DNA of 64,000 bases from Octopus sinensis (lineage: Eukaryota): positions 58,466,001 to 58,530,000 of the forward strand of contig NC_043012.1 in NCBI RefSeq assembly GCF_006345805.1, in the 5' to 3' direction. This document shows positions 52,751 through 64,000 of this stretch, one piece after another. The notes under the pieces are model-generated. The model ran no database searches. It saw only the letters and a list, made by a program, of their open reading frames with translations, and had not been told where the DNA came from. Position numbers and translations under genes: made by a program. Position 1 is the stretch's first letter, and every line of letters begins with the position of its first letter.

Positions 52751-53050
52751 TGGAGGCACCTGGCCTAATGGTTAGAGCAGTGTAAACGCGGTCGAGGGAT
52801 CGCGGATTCGAATCTCAGACCGGGCGGTGTGTATGTTTATGAACGAAACACCTAAGCTCTACACGTACCGGCAGAAGGTATTGAAAAACTTCTGCTGACT
52901 CTTGCGTCATAACTTTTTCTCACTCTCTCCTCCTTCATCTAGCAGCACGCCTGAGACAGACCGGCGTCTCGTCCTGATGTGGAACCTACACGTCAATGAA
53001 ACCAGGAAACTGGCTCTTCTGAGCTAGGCATGGATCCAGAAGGAACAAAC
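52751..53050 (+). mobile_element. tRNA-derived SINE (head X-related, tail Q)
   Basis: TGGCCTAATGGTTAGAGC, GGATTCGAATCTC, then gaccggcgtctcgtcc tail. Confidence 0.75.
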
Positions 53051-53148
53051 GAGAACAATATGTGAAGGTGCGTGTGCGTGGGTGTATCCGTGTTTGATTT
53101 GGTACTAATGTATGCGTGTGTGTGTGTGTGTGTGTGGTGTGTGTGTGT

Positions 53149-53190
<42 letters not shown>

Positions 53191-53331
53191 TGTACATATG
53201 CTTACAAGTTCGGGTTAAATTTGATAGTTTGCATATAAGGAAAAGAAGACACAATATCGCACCCATAAGTAAATGTTTTTTTATAAATCAAAAAAGTATC
53301 AACTAGATTATAGGTGGGAGATAACGGTTTA

Positions 53332-54788
53332 CTCACAATAACCGTCCTTATCTTCCACCACGGACTCTAAAAGACTGGAACCCGGCACATGCGTACATCA
53401 CTGTATCTTTGTGAAGATCTTGCAATACGTCCTTGATCTCGACCACCAGCCCCTATTTGGTGCTGCTGACAGAGCGGTTGATTTGTTTATGAACATAGAC
53501 CCACACATAGCAATTCATTGGATTAAAATACCCGTAATTAGACGGCCATAACTTGGAACTGGTGAAGTGATAGAAATCCTCAGACAACCACTTCAGACTT
53601 TCGAAATGTATGACAATGTGTTAAACTCTGCTGGCACACATAAGGCCATCCAGATGCAAAACTTTAGCTGTCAAGGTTTGACTACATCTCCAGCAGCTTC
53701 ACATAGCTGTCTGAGTTGAACTTAAACTCCTCTTCATATATGTGGGGCCTGCCATAAAAATGCAATATTTTTATGAGATTGTATAGATTCTTATAAGATT
53801 CGTTAATACTTCTACCTACAAAAATGCATCCAATCACTCTATTTCAAATCTTTCTGGGTTAGGAAAAGCATCCAGCAGTCAAAATTATTCCGATGAAAGA
53901 ACACACGATTGAAACATATTCGACATTTGCCACATCGCAAGGTTAATGCATATGTATATATTACAACGTCAGAGAGCATAGTTTTTCATTAAACATCCAT
54001 TTCGTATCACAGCGAAATTTGTCCCAATATTTCAACAAATTTTTTTATCAGCAAACTCAAAATTAGATGAAAATCCTTACTCGCCTTTTATTTCTTTCGA
54101 TTAATCAGTGATCGCTTAAACCTCCACTGGAAATGGACAAGATAAACAGCGATCAACTACTTATGGAAAACGATAACAAGACAACGGATTGAAATTATTC
54201 AGAAGAAAAAACGCACGATCGAAACGTATTCCATAGTAGCTGCACTACAAGGTTGACACATATGTATGCAGCATCATTCCTTAAACATCGCAGTGAGATT
54301 TGTCTTAATATTTCAACAAGTTTTATTTCAGCAGAAAATCTTTGCACCTATTATTTCGTTTGACCCATCAGCGATCGCTTAAATCTTCCGCTGACAATGG
54401 CAAAGCTAAACAACGAACTATTGTTTGTTTTTTCTCGGGATATGCCTGGCTCATAAGGGCCGGTCCCCCGGTTTCCTTGGCGTATAGATTCCCCACCTGG
54501 ACGGGTGTCATACATTTCGAAAGTCTGAATGGTTGTCTGAGGATTTCTATCACTTCACCAGTTCCAATTTATGGCCGTCTAATTACGGGTATTTTAATCC
54601 AATGAATTGCTATGTGTGGGTCTATGTTCATAAACAAATCAACCGCTCTGTCAGCAGCACCAAGTAGGGGCTGGTGGTCGAGATCAAGGACGTATTGCAA
54701 ATTCTTCACAAAGATACAGTGATGTACGCATGTACCGGGTTCCAGTCTTTTAGAGTCCGTGGTGGAAGATAAGGACGGTTATTGTGAG
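53332..54788. repeat. Near-identical inverted repeat, arms 53332-53615 and 54506-54788
   Basis: About 283 bp reverse-complement match with only a handful of differences. Confidence 0.95.
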
Positions 54789-55027
54789 CTGCAAGATGCA
54801 GGAGGAAAGAGTGAGAGAAAGTTGTGGCGAAAGAGTCAGCAGAATTTCACCATTACCTTCTGCCGGAACCGCGTGGAACTTAGATGTTTTGCTCGTAAGC
54901 ACACACATCGCCCAGTATGAGATTCGAATCCGCGATCCCTCGACCGCTGCTCTAACTTCTAGGCCATGCGCCTCTAATAAGCAACTAACTATTACTTATG
55001 GAAAACGTTAACAAGGCAGCGGATATT
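53881..55027 (+). repeat. Old tandem duplication with a unit of about 310 bp; second unit split by a SINE
   Basis: aaattatt...gaaac(a/g)tattc...aatatttcaacaa...gatcgcttaaa...tacttatggaaaacg occurs from 53882 and 54192, and resumes at about 54990. Confidence 0.75.
54441..54974 (-). mobile_element. tRNA-derived SINE (same family as 52751-53050) interrupted at 54506-54788
   Basis: Head at 54790-54974, tail at 54441-54505. Confidence 0.8.
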
Positions 55028-55474
55028 AATATTTCTGGTTGTTGTTTGACGGCCTACAAGCGATAATGTCTAACAACACAATATTCCGATTTTGTTATGT
55101 CCTTACTGTATGTCCTTACTTTTTAAAAGCTGAAATGTGTTTTGAGAAATATTTGAATTTTACCTCTAGCGCATTTGGGGGTCTTATTTGATGCTTATCT
55201 ATTGACTGTTGATGTGTTTGATGGTCCAGATAAGTTCTGCACGAGCATCAGCATCATTAAAATTGGTCTAGCCATAAAACCGTCATTCTTTAATTTCTTT
55301 CAAACAATGTATTTTGAATGACATTAAAGGTATGTGTCATTCCTGGCCTGAGATCGTTTGCTTTGAGGGAGGTTCAGATAAATACTTAATGTTACGGAGG
55401 CGAAAACTAACAACTATCATAGACAATGTACAAGCGCACATACATACATACATACATACATGCACGTCTATGTA

Positions 55475-55569
<95 letters not shown>

Positions 55570-55577
55570 TATATATA

Positions 55578-55622
<45 letters not shown>

Positions 55623-55692
55623 TATTATATATGTATGTGTGTGTGTGTATGTATGTATTCATATGTATATCTGTATGTGCCAGCATGTAGTA

Positions 55693-55734
<42 letters not shown>

Positions 55735-55938
55735 ACTATCCATTTTATCACTCAAGGATATGTTATATAATTAGAAATAATATAGCAATTAAATATTTGT
55801 CAGAAACAGATTTTACAATTCAATTTGTTTTCACGAGATTGCATGATAAACTTCTTCCTTTAGGAAATCCTGAAAACACCGAAAAAGGAGTTGTGATATC
55901 GTCGATATAAAATTGCATCTTCATAAAGTAACCTTGAG

Positions 55939-55991
<53 letters not shown>

Positions 55992-56055
55992 TTATATACA
56001 CACATACATATACACATACATGCATACATATATATAAATATATATATATATATAT

Positions 56056-56091
<36 letters not shown>

Positions 56092-56194
56092 ATAATACAT
56101 ACATACATAAGTAATACATATATTCATATATACATTCATCTATATATATATGTATGTTTGTATGTATGTATGTATTTATCTTTATATATATATA

Positions 56195-56251
<57 letters not shown>

Positions 56252-56692
56252 TAACAAAGGCAAAGGCGCTTTCTTATGTTTGTATTTATTTCACTTCTTT
56301 TGTGTTATGTTGTTTTTACATAAAATGTACATTGCTTAAATAATGATAAGTCCCGTCTAAGGCAGAGATATGCTAATTTGTCTGTCCATCAGAGAAATAA
56401 CTTAATATTAATTACGGAATGCTTTACAAATTTAGCTAGACATTTTGTGCTGTCAGTTGAGAGATGACATTAGTATATCAACGAACGGAGCGGCCAATAG
56501 TCGGTAGGTCAGCATGGAAGTAATACTTTTACCTTCATAAATTGTACATCATCACACCTAAGGTGAAGAAGCAAGAGAGAGGGAGAGGGAGAAAAGACAG
56601 AGAGAAGGGGAGAAAGAGAAAGGGCATCTGATAGATGTAATTCCAGAACCTAAGATCTTGGTTATATTATTGTTACTGTTATCCATAGTTTG

Positions 56693-57640
56693 AAGGCAGC
56701 GGGAAGGGCAGAATCGGTAGCATGCTGAGCAAAATTCTCAGTGGGATTTCCTCTGTCCCTACGTTCTGAGTTCAAATGTCACCGGGGTCAAAGTTTGCTT
56801 TTCATTCGAATCGATAAAATAAGTACTAGTTGAATTGGCTGGGCGTGTGCCAAAGCTTCGTCTCATTATTATTATCAATAGTTCAAAGAGCTGGCTGAAT
56901 CGTTAACAGCGCCGCACGAAGTTCCTAGCAGAATTTCTTCCAGTTTTACGTTTTGACTTCAAATTCTGCCGAAGTTGACTTCGCCTTTTATATATCCTGG
57001 GGTCAATAAAATAACTACCGGCTGAGTACTGTCGTCGAAGTAATTTAGCAGCCCCCTTTTCCAAAATTTCACGCTTGTACCTATTGCAGAAAGGAGTATT
57101 ATCTATAGCTTTAAGACGGCCAGTCAGCACACAGGGAGAAAATTGTTAGAATTTTTCAGCTGTTTCTGTTCGATGTTCTTCTTCTTCTACCGACGTCAGC
57201 TTTGCATTTAATCGTCTCGAAATCGGGAAAAAGTACAAGATGAGCACTGGGAACGATATAATTGAATAACCAGCCCTCACCTCAAAACATGTAGGTCTTG
57301 CCCTAAGATTTGAACATTCGTTCATACCGTTTGTTCCGCTTTTTTATGAATCAATTGCTGGAGTCGATGCAATTGTCTTGAATACTTCCCTCGAACTTCG
57401 GCCCTTCTGCCAATATTAGAAAGAGATATTATTATAATTACTATTAAGACTGTGAGATGGCAGAATCGTTAGCACACCGGGTAAAATGCTTAGCAGCATT
57501 TCACCCGCCTTCACAATAGAATTCAAATCCCGCCGAGGTCGACTTTGCCTTTCATCTTTTCGGGGGTTGATGAATTAAATACCAGTGACACACTGAGGTC
57601 GATGTAATCGACTAGTCTCCTCCCCGAAATTTCAGCAGAA
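56693..57640 (+). mobile_element. Cluster of about four degenerate head-to-tail SINE family 2 copies
   Basis: Heads near 56695, 56888, 57115 and 57447 with gaatcg(g/t)tag and gttca/ttcaaat boxes. Confidence 0.65.
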
Positions 57641-57650
57641 AGGATTATTA

Positions 57651-57694
<44 letters not shown>

Positions 57695-58053
57695 TTTTTT
57701 TTTTTTTTTTTTTTTTTTCTTCTTCTTTCTTTAAATTTTCCTCCGTTTCTCGCCGAGTGTTTTCCGTACACCTAGGGCAGAGAAGCTCATTGTATGCATT
57801 CCCAGATTACACACGCAAATTCACAGGTAAAATGTGTATTTAAAAAATAAAAAATAAATAAATTCATGAATGGATGTTGTTTTCACAGCGATAATGCTCT
57901 TCTCAGTACATGAGCCGTTCCACTTAACACGAATTATTATTATTATTATTATTGTTCAGTAGTTTTATTTTTATAGCGTGCTTTCACTTCACTACCGAGC
58001 GCAGCTCTGTGTGCCTTGGGTATGTGCTGTGATTTGTTGTGATGCTCTGATGG

Positions 58054-58407
58054 TTATTGTATGGAAAGTGTTCTGCGTAGGATGTGTGCAGTGCTTAGTA
58101 GTGCAATTTTCTGTATATTATATGTGTTTGTAAGTCCTGGTGTTTTTGTTATGTATTTGTCTGAATATTTTTTTATCATGCCTAATGCACCTACTATGAT
58201 AGGAATTGTTTCTGTTTTCAGATTCCACATTCTAGTTACCTCTATTTCCAGGTCTTTATATTTTGAGAGTTTCTCCATTTCTTTTAGAGACACGTTGTCA
58301 TCAGCCGGTATTGATACATCAATTAGAAAGCATTTTTTTTCTTCATGATCTCTGACAACTATATCTGATCTGTTGGCCTTAATTTCTCTATCTGTGTGTA
58401 TCGGCAT
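58054..58407 (-). pseudogene. RLE (PD-D/ExK) endonuclease portion of the LINE ORF
   Basis: NRSDIVVRD...FLIDVSIP...EKLSKYKDL...PIIVGALG. Confidence 0.9.
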
Positions 58408-59799
58408 ATCCCAGAGTATGGTTGCTTTCTCGTTTTCTGTGACCTTTTCTGGTTGTGTGCCTATAACATCTTTTTTCTGTTGTTACTCCATAATGTTGGC
58501 ATAGCTTCCAATGTATGTAGGTTCCAACTCTGTCATGTCTGTGATATATTCCTTCTTAGCCAGGACTGGGCAGCTAGAGATAATATGATTTATTGTTTCT
58601 TGTCCATCTCCACATATTCTGCAGTTACTTGTAATATTTCTTTTCATTACATGTTTCTGGTAATTTCTGGTGGGGAGGCTTTGGTCTTGTGCCGCAATTA
58701 AAAATCCCTCTGTTTCTGCTTTGAGTCCTGAGCTTCTCAAACATGCTGGGATTTTTCTTTGTCTATTTCTTTTGCGTTTAGTTTAGTCCAGTATTTACCA
58801 TGAAGGGGCTTTTCTTGCCATCGTTTTATCATGGTTCGTTGCTGTTATATTTTTAGTTTGGATTTCATTTTTTTATAGCTTTTGTTGCTTCTTCATCTTC
58901 TTCTTCTTCTTCATTTTTATTAGGTGGTATGATTTCTTGTTTGTATTTGTCAGCTTCCTTAAATACTGAGAACAGTTTTTGTTTTGCTCGTGTTTTGCCG
59001 CTATCTGGATCAGTTTTCCTTCCTTCTGAAGTAGATATTTCTGCAGTCCTATGATGGTTATTTTATAGTAGTTTTCCAGCTGTATAAGGCCTCTACCACC
59101 TTCTATACGTTGTATATATAGTCTTTCTATGTCAGATTTTGGGTGATGCGTCCTAGATCCTGTCATTATTTTTCTTGTTTTCCTATCTATTTTGGTCAGT
59201 TCATTTCGTGTCCAGTTAAGGATATTGTAGCTGTAACTTATAACTGGGACAGCTAAAGTGTTGATACCTATTATCTTGTTTTTAGCATTGAGCTCTGTGT
59301 TAGTATTGATCTAATTCGTCTATAATATTCTTTTTTATTTTCTCTTTCATTGTGTGTGTTGTGTCTTATCTAGTTCATGGATTCCTAAGTATTTGTAAGT
59401 TTGGCTTTGGTCTAATTCTTTTATTTCATTGGTTTTATCTAGTGTGATGTTGTTGCTCTTAACTAGTTTTCCTCTTTTCATGGTTACTTTGGCGCATTTT
59501 TCTAATCCAAAATTTTATATCTATTTCTTTGGTAAATCCATGAACTGTCTTAATAGTGTTTCCAGCTGTTTGTCATTTGCAGCGTATAGTTTTAGGTCAT
59601 CCATATAAAAGGTGGCTGATCGTTCTGCCGTAACATTATATCCGCATCCAGTTCTATTAGCATATCAGATAGAGGTGACAGTGCCAAGCAGAAAAGGAGT
59701 GGAGAGAGCGTGTCTCCCTGGAATATTCCTCTTCTAATGGGGATTGTCTTTGGTTTTCATGAGTCCCTCTTTTGTTTGGGGTGTGTAGGACTGTTGCCA

Positions 59800-60099
59800 T
59801 TATTCATAGAGTGCTCTATGAATTTTATGATGTTGTTGTGCTACTTTGTTAATGGCTAGTGTTTCGAGGATCCATGTGTGGGGGATGCTATCAAACGCCT
59901 TTTTGTAGTCAATCCAGGCCATACTGAGGCCTTTCTTCTTTCTGTGGCTGTCTTCAGTTATGGCTTTATTAATCATTAGTTGATCTTTACAGCCATATGA
60001 GCCTTTGCGGCATCCTTTCTGCTCTTCTGGGAACAGTTTGTTTTCGTCCAGGTGCTTGTTCAGCCTTTGTGATATCACTGCAGTAAATGCCTTGAACAT
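59800..60099 (-). pseudogene. Reverse transcriptase portion of the LINE ORF
   Basis: EEQKGCRKG...MAWIDYKKAFDSIPH. Confidence 0.9.
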
Positions 60100-60744
60100 A
60101 GTAGGGTTATTATTATTATTATTATTATCATTATTATTATTATTATTGTTGTTGTTGTTGTTGTTGTTGTTGTTATTATTATCATTATTATTATCAATAT
60201 CAAGTGAGAGAGCAGCTCATGCCATTAAAATGATACTGGGTTACAAATATACGAAACCCTATACACCCATCATCAGACTCCTCGTCTGATAAGGGTGCAC
60301 GAAGCACATGCGTCACAACCATATGTGCGCAACATGGTGATCTCATATCAAAATAAACAACGCATGCGCTTGCAGGTTGGGCCCAGTCAGAATTTTCTTC
60401 ACGTGGCGTGGCTCATTCCGCTCAAAAGGTCGTTGAATAAGATTCGTTTAAAAATGAAGAATGGAATAGCCATGTTTCAAGAGGTGCATTATTCCAACAC
60501 CCAAAAATTCCTTTCAACATATGGCTATGTTGTTCCTCTACTACTCCTGCACATGATGAAATATGCACATATCGTCAGCCACTAAGGGACATGTTCAAGC
60601 GGTTAAAGTCGAGCAGCTGTCAGGCAAATCTTTGGTATTGAGCAGTATATTTGCTGTAGTCCGTATTTTGCAGGAAGACAAAACATGTATGTTAACACTT
60701 CCAGTTATGAATAGAAGCTATGAGAGCCGCTGCCTGTTCCTTCT

Positions 60745-60982
60745 CGAGTCATGCCAGGCTCATAAGGGCCGGTTTCCCGGTTTCAGTCACGTAGAAATTC
60801 CCCACCTGGACGGGACGCCGGTCCGTCGTAGGATTACTCATTTTTGCCAGCTGAGTGCACTGCAGCAATGTGAAATGAAGTGTTTTGCTCAAGAACACAA
60901 CGCATCGCCCGGTCAAGGAATCGAAACCACAACCTTACGATCATGAGTTCAATACACTAACCACTAAGCCAGGCGCCTCCAC
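60745..60982 (-). mobile_element. tRNA-derived SINE (head Y, tail Q)
   Basis: TGGCTTAGTGGTTAG, GTTTCGATTCC, TTGTGTTCTTGAGCAAAACACTT, then GACCGGCGTCCCGTCCAGG tail. Flanked by the duplication gagccgctgcctg. Confidence 0.85.
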
Positions 60983-61134
60983 AGAGCCGCTGCCTGGTAC
61001 AGCAACAAGGCATTGACACTTTCCTAGATCGAAGAAAGTCTTTAAGAATATTGCCGTCATCAATTAAATCACAGATTTTGATGAGAAACAACTGTAACAA
61101 GGCAATTAAACTGTTGCTTAATATACTTTTAAAC

Positions 61135-61443
61135 GTACAGATGTAGCTCTGTGGTAAGAAGCTCGCTTAACAACCACTGGGTTTCGGCTTCATTCCCAAT
61201 GTGTGGCACTTTGGACAAGTGTCTTCTACTTCTCGGTGTGTGTGTGTGTGTGTGACTGCGTGTGTGTTTTTATCCGTATTTGTCCGTCACCACCAATTGA
61301 CAACCGATGTTGGAAGATATGACACCATAACTTAGCGGATTAATTATCAAAATAAAGTACTAGGGTGGATTCACTCGATAAAATATTCTTCAAGGCGGTG
61401 CCTCTGCATGGCCGCAATTTAATGACTAAAACAAATAAAAGAA
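61135..61443 (+). mobile_element. SINE family 1, degenerate
   Basis: tgtggtaagaagc...ttggacaagtgtcttctact...catggccgca...aatgactaaaac. Confidence 0.7.
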
Positions 61444-62006
61444 GGAAAAAAAAACTAATTATCTAAATATCTGGTTGTGAATTGTAATTGATTTCAATCA
61501 ATGTATAAGACATAATTAGCACCTAAGAATGTTCCTGGTTAACATGCGTTGTGTGGGAAGGGTTTAACCAACGAATATCGATTATAGCTTCACTATTTTC
61601 TGGATCGTGCTCATATCTATCCTCAGAGGTAATTTGTTAATGTGTCAATTGGATCAATAAAACGCCTTTCCAATAATCAGTTACCTTCCGCCAAAGTTAT
61701 AAATCATTGTTAATGTTGATATGTTGATACATTGTCTTTTATCACAAATGAATCGATACGAACGCTATTAGTTTATGGTGGGGGGTCTTGCAAAGAAAGA
61801 GAGAACGAGATGAGGGGCAGAAAAAAAGAGGCCAACTGAGTCAGGCGTATCCCTTTCAGCTAGAACGTCTGTGGCCCTATGCCAATGTTAAAAATCATTA
61901 TAATAATTATCGTAGTTAATTAGCCATTTTACTTGAACAGTCCCAAAATGGAGTAGTTTGATGAACTATTGTTTCCGTGGCATTCTGTATATATATATTA
62001 TATATA

Positions 62007-62071
<65 letters not shown>

Positions 62072-62259
62072 CATTCATACATACATATATATATATATAC
62101 ATATATACCCACCCAACACATAATATATATATATATATATTATATGTCTGTAAGTATGTATGAATATTCGTGTTTCTATTTAGGAATGTGTCTATTATAT
62201 GTATGTATATATTTATATATATATGTATGTATATATTTATATATATATATGTATATATG

Positions 62260-62310
<51 letters not shown>

Positions 62311-62327
62311 GTGTGTGTGAATGTATG

Positions 62328-62358
<31 letters not shown>

Positions 62359-62659
62359 AGACAGCCATTGCTATTCAATCAATGATGTGGTGTGTAGATT
62401 GCTTTGTTTACGCGTTTGCTCTTTTCTTTTACGAAGATTTGAATATTACATTGAGCAAACGAGAGCGACTATTTAGAAAGAAAGAAAAAAAACATCTCAT
62501 TGGCTCGTATCATATATGTTAATTTGTACGGAGGCTGTAAATCAAGATTTTCCCGACCGAGGGGTGATATTTATTATTATATTTTTTCGCCATGTAACAA
62601 TGTTTACTAAGCTAACTTAACAGAAACGAAAAGAAATATAATGGACGTAATAGAAGGAG

Positions 62660-62797
<138 letters not shown>

Positions 62798-63732
62798 TAA
62801 TGATAAATAAAAATCAACCATATAGACAAATAAAAACATCAAGCAAATATCAGAAGCAAAATACAAAAAAAAAAAGAAAAAAGAAACGAGCCACAACAAA
62901 GAACAAACAACAAGAGTGTGTAATTTAGCCTGTTAGATATTTACATAAATCAATAATATCGGTCTCCTTTCAGGCAAACGAATGATGCAGTGTAAGGTGA
63001 TAATCATAAATCTTCTAAACTCAAATACTAATTAGAAATATTTCATACTCAAGTATTTCGCTTCCTTTCTGAAATCTTCTTTGATATATTGCTAATTTAT
63101 TGTACACGAGAACAGGATTTATTCTTTCTGTATATTTCATCATTATTATGCTTTTTTTTCTTCTCTTTTGCTTCTGCATATATTGGTATTTTTTTGTTTT
63201 TGCACGGAAAATCCTATAAGAAACTTATAAGATTCCATTACAAATTGTTTTAAAACGAACGCTTTTGTTTGTATTTCTGTATACTGAAGTATCAATCACC
63301 TAACCGGCCGATACACACGCATACATAAGCTCATGTCTCTATACACTTGCAGACACACACAAGAAAATACATAGATACATATATTTCTGTATCAATTTAT
63401 TCATATATGTTTGCATATGTGTACTTGTAAATAGATATGCATATCTATCTATGTATGTTATATATTTGTTAATGTATATGTATATCTATATATAGTGGGT
63501 GGCTTGGTATCAACACATGACGATTCATTTGAGAAGCCGTGTAGGCCCTAGATGGCTCCAGCACACTCTTTACTCACCCAAGTTGTGGAAACTGTAAAAT
63601 GGATAATGCATTGCTTCATCTGTCCGAAAATCCTTTTATCATCAGTCCCCGAAAGAATGACTGACTTCAGCATTCGAGCTAAAAGTATACAGAGATAGGA
63701 AATAATGACAGCTTAGAATATTTATGCATATA

Positions 63733-63842
63733 GGCGTAGGAGTGGCTGTGTGGTAAATAGCTTGCATACCGACTAAGTTCAGTCTCACTGCGTGGCACCT
63801 TGGGCAAATGTCTTCTACTATAGCCTCGAAGCCCGTCGTATA
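63733..63842 (+). mobile_element. SINE family 1, 5' part, interrupted at its (TA)n by an HHR element
   Basis: ggcgtaggagtggctgtgtggtaa...gaagcccgtcgtatata. Confidence 0.8.
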
Positions 63843-63851
63843 TATATATAA

Positions 63852-64000
63852 AGTTAATCCAAACATGAAAACACAAAGAGAAAACACAACAACGGGAGAA
63901 CGTGTAACAAGTATAGTATTATTGGAAGCTCGGGAAGGAAGGGAAGGAGGGTTTTACGTTTCGAGCGGAGCTCTTCGTCAGAAACATAGGAAAAGGAAAG
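63852..64000 (-). mobile_element. HHR family D short element, runs off the window
   Basis: Homologous to 50242-50400. Confidence 0.8.
63951..63985 (-). ncRNA. Minimal type I hammerhead ribozyme with intact core
   Basis: GTTT-CTGACGA-A-GAGC(TCC)GCTC-GAAA-CG-TA-AAAC: stem I 4 bp, stem II 4 bp, palindromic ACGT stem III, GUA cleavage triplet. Confidence 0.8.

Larger units (their letters stand above)
57693..60106 (-). mobile_element. 5'-truncated non-LTR retrotransposon, R4/Dong-like (RT + CCHC + restriction-like endonuclease), frameshifted
   Basis: EEQKGCRKGSYGCKDQLMI, WIDYKKAFDSIPH, RRGIFQGDTLSPLLFC, YMDDLKLYA, CRICGDGQETINHIISSC and RSDIVV...LIDVSIP...KLSKYKDL. Poly(A) tail at 57693-57718 and (TAA)n on both sides. 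Confidence 0.93.

Noticed and set aside
60200-60720. Non-microsatellite block with ORFs 60295-60585 and 60563-60946
   Set aside because: No recognisable domain. Probably an unclassified repeat, and the second ORF runs into a SINE.

Overview
AT-rich, microsatellite-saturated animal genomic DNA (intronic or intergenic) with one 100-N gap at 2083-2182. The repeat make-up suggests an octopus or other coleoid cephalopod, which is an inference. No intact host protein-coding gene is recognisable, and nearly all listed ORFs are translations of (TA)n, (CA)n, (AAT)n or (CATA)n repeats. The window holds: a Penelope-like retroelement remnant with a GIY-YIG domain (1-1860); a 5'-truncated R4/Dong-type RT+RLE LINE inside a (TAA)n tract (57.7-60.1 kb); decayed mariner/maT and RTE fragments; TTAA (piggyBac-type) MITEs and fold-back elements; and dozens of tRNA-derived SINEs. 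The strongest signal is an unusual density of hammerhead-ribozyme (HHR) motifs in short dispersed elements. These include canonical minimal type I HHRs in three families, and a tRNA-headed, HHR-tailed SINE-like element with a Penelope-style inverted upstream repeat (13.1-13.6 kb). There are also four divergent copies (12.7, 28.2, 35.7, 36.9 kb) of a pseudoknotted RNA motif whose hammerhead core segments run UH, GAAA, CUGANGA. That order is not a circular permutation of HHR types I-III, and the stems are preserved across very different sequences. All folds and alignments were done by eye, and coordinates of decayed repeats are approximate.
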